A stretch of 63,461 bases of DNA, the filler included, from Folioceros fuciformis (lineage: Eukaryota): the NCBI GenBank assembly GCA_049999805.1. It is 11 parts of 11 records of this genome, joined end to end, with 100 filler letters (N's around TTAATTAATTAA, not from the genome) between each part and the next. Parts side by side here need not be neighbours in the genome. Positions count along the whole stretch, not along the records: positions 21,578 to 29,899 come from JBNGIO010000956.1; positions 30,000 to 33,456 come from JBNGIO010000957.1; positions 33,557 to 42,879 come from JBNGIO010000959.1; 8 more parts are not named here. One strand, 5' to 3'. Below, piece by piece: positions 22,172 to 35,719 of this stretch. The notes beneath the pieces were generated by a model. It searched no databases and was not told the origin of the DNA. It saw only the letters and a list, made by a program, of their open reading frames with translations. Each line of letters begins with the position of its first letter. Position 1 is the first letter of the stretch. The position numbers and the translations under genes are program-made.

Positions 22172-25100
22172 TTAAGCTTCCTCAACAACAGGAGCGGCTC
22201 CGAAGATGCGCAGATTTCGGTCGTTTGTCCCCACCGCCAGGTATGAAGCATCGGGACCAAAACGAACAGTCGTCACTTTCCCTGCACAGTATACGAAGGA
22301 ATCCTCAGCGACAGCTGCTTTCTTAGTAAGGAGTAAGTGAGTAACGTGGGCCACAGTACCTGTTCCTGATACGTCCGGAAACGTCCTCACAGTGTTCCAC
22401 TCTTGCTTGACGCTACCAACTTGGAAGACCCTGCTCCCGTAATACAAAACCGTAAGCTCAACCTTACACCGCCAACTCCGTACAAAGGATGCCAACCATC
22501 ACCGTAAAATACCTGATATCTGACCCGGCAATGGCTAGATAATTCCCACTAAAATCGAACTCCACTGCATGCAACAATAAAAGTGGAGTTAGACGAGACA
22601 GGGCTCCACACTCAAAGCCATCCAGCAGTGCTCAACACCCTATTAACAGTAGACCTGAAAACAAAACCAACAATGCCAGTGCCACGTACCTGTGTTCGTT
22701 GCCGTGTTCAAATCATACGGAGAAAACGAGCGGAAATTCTTGAGCTTCCGCAAGTCCCACAATCTTACACCATCGATAGCAGAAGTCTAGGACGGCAAGT
22801 TATACATCAGTCCGCACATTCCACCTTCTGTGGGTATAACGCTATCTACAGGGAGAAATGCCTCGTGAGATGCTTACGGCAAGAAAGTAGCCATTTTCCG
22901 AGAAAGAAATATCTGTCACTGGTCCTTTGTGGCCCTCAAACTTGGCCACATTTGACTGCACATGAGCCACACTCAAACATATGAGAATAGTTGAACCCAC
23001 AGCGAAGATCGAAACAGGGGACAACCCCTTCACTACACCGTCAAGTCGTGACACCAAAGAAAATCACCCACAGAACAGCTGGACTTGCAAGGCTTATTCT
23101 TAGTACCCAATCGCCCAAAACGAAGGGGAACCGAAGACATGCCTGAGATTTGACATCCCAAATGCGGACAAGCGATTCTGCAGTTCCAGTCCCCAAGATC
23201 AGGCCATCTGGATGAAAAGCAGCACACGTGTATCCCTCCTGCACTGTAGGTTCACTGACCTACAATTTGGGCAGACAAAGTACGAAAACGGGTAGTTGAT
23301 ACATTGCAACAACATACCTGACCAAACAGACCTTGGATGAAAACAGGTACAGAACAGTTGACAAGAGTAAGTGTAGAACCTGAGCCAGGCAGAGACCAGA
23401 AGAAAGATCATAAAATGCCCAAGTCTTATCAGCCGATGCAGATACGAAATAGTGTTGCGTTGCATGCAGTGTAACAGCCCTAACCTGGGATGCAAAACCA
23501 CACAACAACCTTCAGCTGGAACAGTTGGGATGTCATAGAACCGCTCAGCTTGAGAAGGAACTATTTACTGCATGCTAACTAAAAATTGACTAGCCAGGAT
23601 ATGAAAACACGTAGACGAAAGACCTCATTGGTATGATCTTCCAATGTGTGCTTGCAGTTGTATGAGCCATCTTCCCTGCTTTGCCAGATCTTCACGGTCT
23701 ATACAAAAGAACAATCAACGGCTTAACACCGACACATCTGAACTTGCCAACAGGTCCTTAATTGAGACAGATAGCAACATGCACCTGATCAGCAGAGCCT
23801 GTCAAGACAAGGTCATCTCCGGGCACAAACTTGACACTCGTAACCTGCATTGCATAGAATTATTGAGCACTACTGTAACTTAGAAATGTGCACACAATGT
23901 ACCCTTTCCAGCAATACATAATTGGGTGCTTATTTTGATCAATCCTACTCTTTTACTGTGGCCCGCCAGAGTGGCCAAGATTTCTCCAGCAGCACGGTCG
24001 AAAACGACCGCGGTCGAGTCTACCCCTCCAGTCAGGATCAGATCCTGAACCAGTTACCCACAAAACGCCAGACGTGAGAAGATACTGGATACACTGGGAC
24101 TGACTCAAGCAAACCTTCAGCCTACCTTGGATGGATGGATATCAGTAGACAGTATTCCTGGCTTCACAGTCTTATGAAGTGGATGGCTTGAAATCTGGGT
24201 ATACTTTTCCAACGCCTCCACTGTGGCCAGCGATGGTGAGATCTGCTGGACCAAGAAGACTATTCATGATCTAGCCTCACACCAAACCATTCTCAATTGT
24301 AAGAAAGGTAACAAAATGCGGACAGGTACTGGGGAGCATACAAAACCTGACGCTTTTTTCGTTGTCCAGAAAGCTTTGCATTGCATTCCGTGAGCTCCTT
24401 GATCATGTCCGCACTAATGCCCTGCCTGGCCTTCTTACCAGGAGCTGCAGGCTCTGCATCTGCCTCCGCAGCTGCACTTTGCCGATTGTATGGGTAGAGT
24501 GACCACACAAACACAACAAGAAAAACAATGACGAAAACTCAACAATACACAGGGACCAAAAAGTCAACGAAACATCGCACAAGGGTCTGAAATATGAGTA
24601 TAAACTGACACACCTCTCTTTCCATTGCTCACAGCAATTGCAACAGACGTTGCAGATGGCAGTCCAGCTGGTAGCTGTGTTCTCGTCTGATTCAATAATG
24701 CTCTTGCCTCGTCTCTCTCCTTCTTCAGTGTGGCAATCACTCTGCAGGCTGCATCGTGCTATCGAAGTACACTATCGTTGTCAGCCTGCAACCTTCACAA
24801 ATGAAAATTGCCACCAACATCTTCCACCAGAAGTACCTGGTAAAGAGCGTGACTCAGCTCCTGCCTCGCAGTATGCAGCTGCTGCTCAAGAGCATAATTG
24901 GACAAGACCACTGCGTCCCATTCCTACATGGCCACCTTGCTGTTACACTCGGCTACACAACCAACTGGCCTCCCACCCTTGACACCATCGATGGTTAACT
25001 CGACAATCGGTACACTTTACATTTTGCTGCTTACATTTTGAAATAGACCGAGCATTCCAGGTATGCTGGCAGCTTGTAAGGGCCGAGGTTTCACGGCCTG

Positions 25101-25758
25101 CAAGTAAAATAATAAAAAGCACGTCTGAGACCACGCCTGATACCCTGGTTGCCAACAACCTGGTTTAAATTTTCAGCCCACGCACAAGGCTCGTACCCTG
25201 TTGGTCTTCACGGGTAAAAGATCTTCAACGGAGAGAGTCTCTTTGGTGATAGGACAGATTCCATGATCCTGCAAGTACACACCACACCTCAGCCAGCCCA
25301 CAATCCTCACAGCCATGTCGTCAAAAGGGGCTACTCCGGACCAGGAGTCAACAGCTCAACATGTTCAACGTTGCCTCTTGCAATCTGAAAGCTCCAGTGA
25401 CCTACTGCAAGATACTTCTCGATCAACCGTTTCTCGAACAGCAGTCCCGACGTTCTTGATACAACAGGATCCTCCGGCGTAACTCCAGATACTGTCAATA
25501 GCAACCCGCCCCACCCTCGTTAACAGCACCTCTCAACTCTCAACCGACACACAAGAGGTCGACAAAGTGACCTCCACCAGACGGTCCGCAGACAACATAA
25601 AACAGTCCATTCCAGGTGCTACCCCATGATGTCCACAGAAACTTCCAGCCTCCATAAGAATGTATTCTAAGCTGCAGGGCGTCCAACACCGAGCCAGAGC
25701 AGAGGAATTCAGAGCAAACTACTCTTGTCTGGAAACAGGACCCACTTGCGCAAAACAT
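22172..25758 (-). CDS. PRP19: Pre-mRNA-processing factor 19 (U-box/WD40 E3 ligase, MAC3A/B); many exons
   Basis: [108 protein letters not shown] intron at 22956-23142. Confidence 0.95.
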
Positions 25759-26425
25759 GTTGACCAGCGGCTACTGCCACTTCGACTGTGCTGCAACTGG
25801 CCCAGGACGTCCTCCAGGCTCCGAGGCAAAGGCGACCAGACAAACCCTAATGCGCCTGGTACACTCCTACTGCCCTGCGGTGCCCAGGATGGGGTCCCTG
25901 CTCCGAGGCAGGGGACTACAGGAAAGCCCTACACCAGCTGCCGCCACGGTCGTCACTCGCTCATCGCGCCAAAAGTCACCAAATTCAACGAGCAGATGAG
26001 GATGGTGCCAAATGAAACCGATAACCTAGTGTATATTGTTTTTTGTTACAAAATATTTGGAGACTTTATACTGTATATTCCAGGGGTTAAAGGTTTGGGA
26101 GAAGTTTTTCGTGTTTCTTTCGAAGTGAGAGACTTTGTAAAGAAAAAGTGTGCAGAGAGAATCGGCATGCTATTCTAGCGTTTGTGCCCCCTTGGAACAA
26201 GGCTTTGGTGAGGGACGGTCTATGTGCTACTTTTCCAACGTTCTAAGCCTGGTAAGTTATTCGGATCCCATTCTACGAAGGCAGCCGTGCGGACTAGTGA
26301 GCTACATTATGTTACATTTGTTCTTTGCACGACAACCATACACACCCATACTAGGTTGCCCGAAACCTAGCTTTGTTTAGAACATTGGGTAAAGCCCTAA
26401 TTATGTTTGAATTCCCAGCACCATG

Positions 26426-27210
26426 TTAGGAGCTCATAAGGTAGGATAGGGATCAAGAGGAGTGGATAGGTGTCGGAGGATCATGAACATCCTCTTAAGT
26501 GACTTATGTAAAAGTTGGACATGCCCAACTCTTGTCATCCATTAAGTAGAGGGCAAGTGTAGGGCCCATCTCCAATCAATGCCATGGCTCACTAGGTCAT
26601 GGCTAGCTCAATTAAGCCATTCTCATGCTCCTTTTATTCTCATGCTCCTTTTATTCTCAAGCTCCTTTTATTCTCAAGCTCCTTGTATTCTCATGCTCCT
26701 TTTAGCCGAGTTCTCTGGTTTCATCATTTTCATGTGTGCAACCTATCACCTAGAGGTTCGTGGATGCATGTTCAAGCTATCATCTAGAGGTTTGTGAATG
26801 CATGTGCTTGCTAGGTCTTGTCCCATATTGTATGGCATCTACTATGCAAGCTTATTGGTAAGGGGAGAATGGCAAAGCTTCATTACACTATGCTCTACCT
26901 TGAGTAATTCTTTGAGTTTAGGATTTAGGGTTTATAGTAGACGATTTATGATTTAGATAGAGCAAACATTTGTATTGAGTCATTTGTGTTAGTCGTCTTC
27001 TCATCCTGAATATATAAGAAATAACTATTATTAGCAAAGTATCATGTGTGTCTATACAAAGTGAGCTACATCTCTAACCTTATTTGCCTTACGGGTATAG
27101 ATTAACCTTATATGCCTTACGAGCATACGGCCATAGCAAAGACTCAACCCAACATTTCAAAGCGTCTTACCCTTAGTAAGTCTTGTCTTTAAGGTTTGGG
27201 GCTCGATACA
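26426..27210 (+). mobile_element. Probable LTR-like sequence (TG...CA) containing a minisatellite
   Basis: Begins TGTTAGG and ends near GATACA; non-coding. No TSD or PBS found. Confidence 0.35.
26619..26703 (+). repeat. 17-bp minisatellite, 5 copies
   Basis: ATTCTCA(T/A)GCTCCTTTT repeated five times. Confidence 0.92.
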
Positions 27211-30000
27211 TGCGCGACATTGTGGAATTGGTCTTTGGACTTGGGTTAAATTAAGACGAGTTGAGAAATTATGGAATCGGTCTTTGGCTCTAGGGTAAAA
27301 TTAAGACAAGTTGAGGTAAGAAAGGAACGGTAGAGGGACAAGGAAGGAAGAGTGGGGGAGAAGAGGTAGTAGAAAGAAGCGAGGGGAAGGTTCCAAATCA
27401 ACTTGGACGACCTCGAGCCTGCGTCGAACCCAAAGCAAAACAAAGAAAAACAAAACTAAAACCTAGAGTTTTCTAAGGTAAGCTTCAGAGGTGAAGCGGT
27501 GGGGTATGTAATGAAAGACCGAAGGGTTGGACGGAGATGGGTTTAAGAAGGCGGATGGTGGAGGGATGCAAGAGATGGAAGAGAAAGACTAGGTGGGATT
27601 AGTAGTATTCACTGCCAAACTTATCTAGGGGCTAGTGGTCACCACGAAACAAAATTGGTGTGAGAAAGGGGGAAGAAAGGATGTGGGGAAGCAGCAATGT
27701 GTGATGAAGGGAGAATAAAGAGGGCATAGAAATTGACCTGAGAATCCAGCTTCGATCTTGTTCAAGCTCGAAACAGAAAAGAGGGCGAAAGGAACCTCAA
27801 CCGAAGACTCCAAACTCATCCCCACAATGGAGAAAGGTGGGGTGGCTAGAAAGGTTTTGATATGGAGGGGAGGATCAGACCCGCCACGTAGGACCGAGCC
27901 ACTTGAGCACCAGGTTGTGTTGTCAATCCCCCAACCACGGCCACACACTCTGCGATTGTTGTAGAGCACTTTCAGAATCCATCTTCGTGAGTGTCATTGG
28001 TTTGATAGGTTCACTATTTAGTGCCAGGTGTGGCGAGGATGCCCATCGGAGTATATTGCTCCATTATAGTCGAAGGCGTACGCAGACCCAAGGGTATTGC
28101 AGGTGTACATTGACCTTTTGATTGAAGTTGAGCAAACAGGGGCCAATGTATAGCAAGAAGGGTCGAATGAAGAGTGAGTTAAGAAAGTAAAAGAGCGAAA
28201 GATATCTATCATGAAAGACAAGCAGCACAAAATGGGACATACCTGGGACAGTCCCAGCGATGAGTATACTCAGGATAGTCCCCAATTCCGCCATACTTGG
28301 GATTGTCCCACCTACAATTGAGCGGCGAACGACTCGAGGTAAGGAAGAGTGTTTATTGAATGAAAGGAGCATATGGACACAATATTCTAGTATGGTTATT
28401 TGCAGAATATGCTACTATAGAAATTCTCTATTTTTAGGACATAAGTGATTAGCTCATTATCAACCAAGTAGGCATGCTAAATAAGCATGTTAGTCGCAAA
28501 CCCTAAGTTAGAGGACGGGTTGACGAAAGCCCGTTGCAGGCTAGTTAGGCAGGCTGCAAAACCATGGAGGAGGGCGCCAAGGGCAGATGCGCTGCAGAAT
28601 GATGGAAATAATTGGGCACAAACATGGCTGGAAGGCGCGCGTGAAGATAGAGCCGCGTTGGAGCAAAGATAAGTGGAGAATTAGGGCTATTACAGGCAGT
28701 TGTTGAAGTCATGCTTGAGAGCGCTGCACATAGGGGAGCAATCCCAAGATCCTTCTTGCTGAAAACGCAATCTAAAATGCCATCTTGAATTGAAGCTAAG
28801 ATTTAGAGCGTGTGTTTGAGCAACGGGATGCTGTGTGCAGGTGTTGATATGATTTTCCAACTCGTAATCACACAAACTATGTGATCCTCTTCAACACTGG
28901 ACAACATGTTGCAAACAATGTTGTTCACTTGTTCTAACAAAAGACTCATTTTTTGCTACAGTTATGGTGGGACAGGTGGAGTATACTAGGGACAGTCCTA
29001 GTCTTGGTCGTGGCCATACTCGGGACAGTCTCAGCCCCGGCGTAGCAGGCTACTTGGAGCACCACCAGTCCAATAAAGCTTTGTTGCACGTCGCATGACA
29101 TATCAAAGCATATCAACAACTTTGTTGATTTTTCAAACCAGAAGATATGTGCCTGTAGAATCCTCCTAATCTTAGAGTGTCCTTCTTATACTATATGCAA
29201 GTTCTCAGGTCCGACAAATGAAGTAATGAACCGAAAGACAAATCAACTAAACTATCATACTCTAAATGATTGCCATCCACTTGCTTCGATGTTTTGCTCT
29301 TGGTACGCTTAGTCCAACAGTAATCGCATTGGCCATCATTAAAAGATAAGGCCAACCATTTGTGGAGCTGACAATAGTAGACCCTTGGGCAATTCTAGAC
29401 CTCCAACAACGGCGAATGGTAATAAAGGCAATATTAAACCCTATATTTTTTCTCATCTAACAGCTAAATACTTAGGACATCTCGAGCCATGCTTTGGTAA
29501 GGATACTAGCCATATTCAGATGTTAGTCTTTCGAAAAGCCCAATCTATGCCATTTTGAGCCATAATAATAATTAATTCATTTACAAGTTTGCTTGGCATG
29601 CATATTTCATGCTTTTGTCTTTGAGAACTTTGCTTTTGGATGTTTCACAATTTCTTCTCTAAGAACTTTGCATTATACCATGGATGACCTTGTTCGGTAT
29701 GTCAGCTTAAAGTCCTCAAGGTTATAGGAATACAAGAATTTGAGGTAAGAGTTATGAGTCAAGATCTTGATGCAAAAGGATTTTATGCACAAGAAGAGAC
29801 ACTACCACATTTAGCAATAAGAAGACCAAACCTAGTGTATGCAAGGACTATGTATACTATAGAAGTATTGGGATGAGGTAAACTATTAGGCCTTTCAGAN
29901 NNNNNNNNNNNNNNNNNNNNNNNNNNNNNNNNNNNNNNNNNNNTTAATTAATTAANNNNNNNNNNNNNNNNNNNNNNNNNNNNNNNNNNNNNNNNNNNNG

Positions 30001-30340
30001 ATTCCTCTACATGGTATGCATGCATGACCCTACCTCCTCGAAGTTAAGTTTGGCTCTAACTACGTGGCAGCTTTTGTGCATTAAGATAAGCCGGAAGCGC
30101 TTGGTAGTAACGGCTTCGCATAGGCTCGATTGTCCTTCATTGAGTGGCATGCATTGTGGCTTCATTATCTAGAGGTAAAAATTATAATAGATTACTCTAC
30201 ATGGCATGCATGCGGACACGATATCGGCAAAGTTAAGTTTGACTCTAACTACATAGCATCTTTTGTGCATAGAGATAATCCGGAAGGGCGCGGTGGTGAG
30301 AGCTTTGCTGAGGCTTGACTGTCATTCCTTGAGTGGCTCC
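30001..30340 (+). repeat. Diverged tandem duplication, period ~190 bp
   Basis: 30001-30148 resembles 30191-30338 (CTCTACATGG.ATGCATGC...AAGTTAAGTTTG.CTCTAACTAC...TTGAGTGGC). Confidence 0.8.
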
Positions 30341-30399
30341 TGCTGAGGCTTGACTGTCATTCCTTCAGTGTCTCCTCGTTGCAGGACAATCTCGGCCTC

Positions 30400-30860
30400 G
30401 AATTTCGATTTGCATGAACTTGCTAAACCTCTGCGCCAGCTTTCCCATGATGGATGCGTTTCATCTCAGCATTCAGGCTTGGACGGGCGAGTTGTGTGAG
30501 TGCTCTCACTTTCTATCTCACATGACTAGAGTGGTTAGTGTTCATTGACGAACATGGAAACTTCTGGTGGTTTTCATTTGCAATGAGATGCATGGGAACT
30601 TTAAGCCATCCAAGGCATCTTTGGTTGCAAAGGCCTGCCTTCAAAAGGCGAATGGCGAAGAACCCAATCCATGGGGCCAATGTGGCCGTGCAGGTTGGGT
30701 TCACAAATTTAGGGAAAGGTTTAGAAGGGACCCTTCGGACGTAGAAGCTCAGTTTGGTTGCCTAAGGCCACTCTCAACCATGGAAGAGCTTTGGGAGGTG
30801 CAGAAGAAGGGCCAATCTGTCCCACAATTCATCCATGCTCTTCGATCTGAATAAAAAGAC
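30400..30860 (+). mobile_element. Degenerate retrotransposon gag-like fragment (Ty3/gypsy-type)
   Basis: WVHKFRERF...EELWEVQKKGQSVPQFIHALR resembles the retrotransposon gag W..F...F / Q..GESV.EF pattern; stops present. Confidence 0.4.
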
Positions 30861-32048
30861 AACACATGGTGAGCAAGCAGACAGCCACACCTCGTACAAG
30901 TATGTCCATTCCTCCAACTGTTAACAATAAGATGGATGTGGTGGCAACAGACCCGAAGCCAAAGGCGGGTGTTGAGAATGAGGAGTTAGGGAGTGAAGGA
31001 CATGAAGACCACTTACGAGAAGACAAGGATGCAAACCACGAAAAAGTGGTAGAAATAGACAGTAATGATTTTCAGCCAAAGCGGCCAAGGTGCAGAAGGG
31101 GAAGAAAATCTCACATCTATGGGGACAAATTCATGGAAAATCCGTCTGAAGGTAAAATTACACAGATGAGGGCTGCTGCGGTGGCAGCCGTCGACTCCAG
31201 CTTAAAACGGAAGAAGATCGAAAGGATATCAAGAGTTGAGTATGGTAAGAAGAAGGTATGTTTAAACGGTGTACTCCAATTTAGCAATGATAAATCATGT
31301 TTCCTTACTGGTGTTTTCCTTTAGGTGGCAATAGAGCCTATTGAAAGTGAATCAAGTAAGGAGGAGCAAGGCCCTGAAGAGCCTGTAGTTAGTGCTGAAC
31401 TTCAGAGGCATTTACAGAAACCTTCGAAACCCTCCAAACCCTCACAGCAAAAGATGAAAAAAGTGAGATGTCGCAGATCCATTATGAGCGACAAGGCAAT
31501 CAAGTACGTATCTCGTGAATATGACTAAGGAGAAAAGCAAAAAACGAACCCCTCCAACCATCATACGGTGAGTGTGGTGGGAAAAGTAAGAGAACCACGA
31601 GCCATGAAAGTAGGAAGAACATAGGCCAAGAATTTTGGAGGAACATGGGCCATGAATTTTGGAGACACAGGCAACACTAGATCTTTCTATATACATACCA
31701 TGATGTTTATATGTTTATACGTCCTTTCTCATATACAACATATGTAGACTATACCATTGGTCTGTGACATTAATGTGGCATTGATAAAATATAATGACAT
31801 ATAGCGGCGTAGCCAAGAGGCCCAAACTGTTTTTATGGCATCTTAGGCCGAAACAATATTAATGGCATGGTGTCCTAATAGCATTAATGCCATGGTGTCC
31901 TATGTTGTATGAAATGCATAGCTGCCCTTTCTCATGTACGACATATGTAGACTTATTATATATCTATTATGTGGTATTAATAAAATATGGTGGCACTGAG
32001 GCCAAGAGACCCGATCAGTATTCATGGGATCTTGAGCCCAAACCGAAT

Positions 32049-32290
32049 TAATGACATGGTGTCCCAATAGCACTAATGGCATGATGTCCCAATAGCACTA
32101 ATGACATGGTGTCCCAATAGCACTAATGGCATGGTGTCCCAATAGCACTAATGACATGGTGTCCCAATAGCACTAATGGCATGGTGTCCCAATAGCACTA
32201 ATGGCATGGTGTCTCAATAGCATTAATGGCATGGTGTCCCAATAGCACTAATGGCATGGTGTCCCAATAGCATTAATGGCATGGTGTCCT
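32049..32290 (+). repeat. 25-bp minisatellite (~9.6 copies) nested in a three-unit higher-order repeat (~31720-32450)
   Basis: ATG(A/G)CATGGTGTCCCAATAGCACTA at 32051, 32076, ... 32276. Confidence 0.95.
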
Positions 32291-32679
32291 AGTGAAATGC
32301 ATAGCCCGTCCTTTCTTGTATACAGCATATGTAGACTCAATATATCGTTATTCTGTGGCATTAATAAAATATAGTGACACGGAGCCCAAGAGCCCCATTA
32401 GTATTCATGGCATCGCCCAAACAGTATTAAAGGCATGGTGTCCCATGATGTGTGAATGCGTAGCTCGAGGTGTAGTATAGTAGGCCCACAAGGGGCCATA
32501 ATGCAAACCATACCAAATACATAAGCAAAACCGTGACAACGGTTAGTTGTAACGATGTTAGAGTTACAATTTGTGTGACAATATCCTAACTCAATATCAC
32601 CGAACCTAACTGTAATAATTGCCACAAATGAGTTACAAATAACCTCATTTCAGTTACACTATACCATAATATGGATGCC

Positions 32680-33456
32680 CAGCATGTACTAGTGGATGGT
32701 TGTCCGAGTGGGGTCTATGACAACCACATCCGCTAAAGAAACCTAGTCCCCTTTGGTTAGGAAAAGATCTGCAATGAGGGAGACGCTGTTGAGCGAGATA
32801 TATGGGTCCTCCTTGTAGGGGAAGAAACCACCCTTCTTGGCCAAAGAAAATATAACGTCCCTCACTGCATTATGGGTGGCGATGTGCTGCCCGCTGATAG
32901 AACAACGCGCCAGGTGGCTCCCGGGGTCGTCGAGACAGACCCCGCAACTATAAGAAGAGAGAGACCAGGCCAACAGTTAGGCCTAAGGTGAAACCTCATC
33001 GCGGTAGAGAAAGAAGACGGTGCGATTCAGAAGGCTAGATGCATGGACAAGCCAACAACCAAGAGCCAGCGCCCCTTCCTGAGCAAGATCGAAAAAGTGC
33101 TTAGGCCTACTTGTCAATGAAGGAATCTAACATGAGGGCCTGTAGCTCGTGCCCATAATGCTTTTCCACGAGGGTAGCCTGAAGCCCCCTCATACCTCCA
33201 CAAGGGAAGGAGGAAAATATAGGCATGACTAATCGGGCCTATTTTATAAGAGATTCCGGGCCCTCCTGAGGGACTCATGTAGGGGAAATAGCCGCTCCTC
33301 AACTCCGATAATAAACCCCTCCAAAACACTCGAGTTTCCTTTGGAAAAGCGAGTTACCAATGTTAGGGTAGAGAGCGCCCAACTACCAAGAAAAGTAGTT
33401 GGTGTAAAGGCCTCCATGGCCAGTGGCCCCATGCTACCTGAAGCAATGTGTAGGGA
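32680..33456 (-). mobile_element. CRE-like non-LTR retrotransposon, C-terminal zinc knuckle and restriction-like endonuclease, degenerate
   Basis: FLGSWAL..LVTRF; CGVCLDDPGSHLARC (CCHC-like) followed by THNAVRDVI (RHN motif), IADLFL and DVVVIDP (PD..D core). Confidence 0.7.
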
Positions 33457-33679
33457 NNNNNNNNNNNNNNNNNNNNNNNNNNNNNNNNNNNNNNNNNNNN
33501 TTAATTAATTAANNNNNNNNNNNNNNNNNNNNNNNNNNNNNNNNNNNNNNNNNNNNTGTTAGTTTGGGTAACCCGAAAGGGTGTGACCCTTGGTTATTTC
33601 TAAGCTAAGCAGGTTAAACTGACTAATCATTGATTAACCCTAACTCAAGCTTCCTCAAGCTCAAGACTTGGCCGCATCA

Positions 33680-35400
33680 TGTATGTGGGTTCTGGTCGTG
33701 GCCGAGGTCGATCTTATAGGCCACCACAACGTTTAGAAAGATAGACCACCCCAGGCAAGACAAGGCCCGAACCAAAGGAAGAAAGGCAGTTGCAATTGGT
33801 GCAGAATCCCGGGACACTGGGAGAATGAATGTAGAAAGAAGGCTGCAGGAATACCTCAAAGAGCCCCACCTTCAGCTAATGTAACTTCAACAACCAATAC
33901 ACGAAGATCTCCAGTGTCATCATCACCAGGAATTATGGTAGTCTACATCACTAGAAATCCAGTTGACCATACTGGATGGTACCTTGACCCCTGTGCATCA
34001 GTGCACATCTGCCATACACGTTCATTCTTCACCACTTATTTTCCCGCCCCTCCAAACAATTTTGTGCTATTAGGAGATGATTCAGGACTTCGAGTGGAAG
34101 GAAGGTAGAGGGAAAGTACCACTTACCCTCACTGACCAAACTCAACTTCTCCTGGTAAACGTTCTCCATGTACCTACAATGGTGAAAAACCTAATGTCAG
34201 TTTCCTGGCTGATGAAAATGCACCAATTCACTCTTACCTTCAACGATACCTATTGTATGCTGACCAAGATTCACCAACTACAAGCCTCCAGTACAGGCTA
34301 TTCTGTACAAGACATATATAAATTAGATGTTAGATCCACCAACAATCAGTCTCAAGATATTGTTATGGTCATGGCCCAAAATCAATCAGCTAAGTCGAAG
34401 GAGGCACTAAAATGACACCTTTGTCTTGGCCACCAGAGCAGTGATCAACTCTGACAGGTTGCAACTGCTAATCTACACCTTGATGGGATTCAGAAAATAT
34501 CAGAACCTTCCTTCTACGAGACATGTGTCTTAGCCAACAAGCGTCAAGACGTGTTTCCTAATCACCAGCCAGACCAAAATAATGCATTGCTCAAACTTGT
34601 TCACTCGGATCTATGTGGCCTTATGGCCACATCCTCATACGGGGGTGCAAGATACTTTCTAATGTCACAGATGATTTTTCCAGAATGTGTTTCTATTACC
34701 CATTAGTGCTCAAAAGTCACACCTTTGAGACTTTTCAGACCTGGCTAGCACTTTTGGAGACACAAACAAGCTGCGGACTTCGCTGCCTCCGCTTAGACAA
34801 TGGCGGGGAATTTTTTTCTAAACAATTCGACACCTTCTGCCAAGACAGGGGAATCGTGCGTCAGCTAATAGTAGCCTACACACCCTAGCAGAATGGGGTC
34901 GTTGAAAGGTTAAACCAAACCCTACAGAGGATGGCATGAGCAATGATGAAACATGCAGGCATGAGCAAAGGTTATGGGGCTGAGGCCATAGCCATAGCCA
35001 CATACGTGAGGAATAGGCTTCCCTCTCGCTCCATCCATGGCCTAACTCCCTATGAGTTGTGGACAGGCTCTAAACCATCGATCCTGCATCTCCGGATATT
35101 TGGTTGCATAGCCTACAATTTCATTCCTGAACCCAAACGGAAGAAGTTTGATGACAGGGCAGAGAAATTAATATTTATAGGCCTTGGTGACGGGATTAAA
35201 GGCTACAAGTTGTTCAACCCAGAAATAAGAGCTGTTACTTTTGCAAGGAGCGTTACGTTCCACAAGGATCCCTTGCTCATGCCAGTAGGATCAGACAGCA
35301 ATTATGATCAAGACATTCCGGTTTCAGCAAATCTTGATCAATCCCCACTCACATATTATGAAGACGAGACCCCTACCTATTTTCCTCAAGAGGTCTCATG
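33680..35400 (+). mobile_element. Degenerate Ty1/copia (end of gag, protease, integrase)
   Basis: WYLDPCASVHIC, NVLHVPTMVKNLMSVS, VHSDLCG, LRLDNGGEF, YVRNRLPS..TPYELW, LRIFGC; many frameshifts. Confidence 0.9.
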
Positions 35401-35719
35401 AAATTCAGCCTCCTGCCCCAGCGCATACGGTGCATGCTCCTGCTGTTCAGCCCCCTGCTCCAATGGTGCCTGTTCCTACTGCACCACGACCACAACATCC
35501 CGCTCTGATTTTTGGAGATATTCCTCCGGACGCTATTCAGGATGCCGTACAACCTGTGGCACCCCAAGCCCCTATGCCTGGACAAGCTCGAGAACCCCTA
35601 GATGACTCCCAGGTAGCCCCATCACGAGGGGATTCACCAAGGTGTTGTGCTACGCGAGCATCTTGAGAGGATCAGTTATATATGGCAGCCATCATCATGT
35701 GACGAGTATGGCTCCCACT

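Noticed and set aside
27240-28200. Gypsy gag or protease remnant
   Set aside because: Too degenerate to identify any diagnostic motif.
32049-32290. CRISPR-like array
   Set aside because: Head-to-tail repeats without unique spacers, no cas genes, eukaryotic context; it is a minisatellite.
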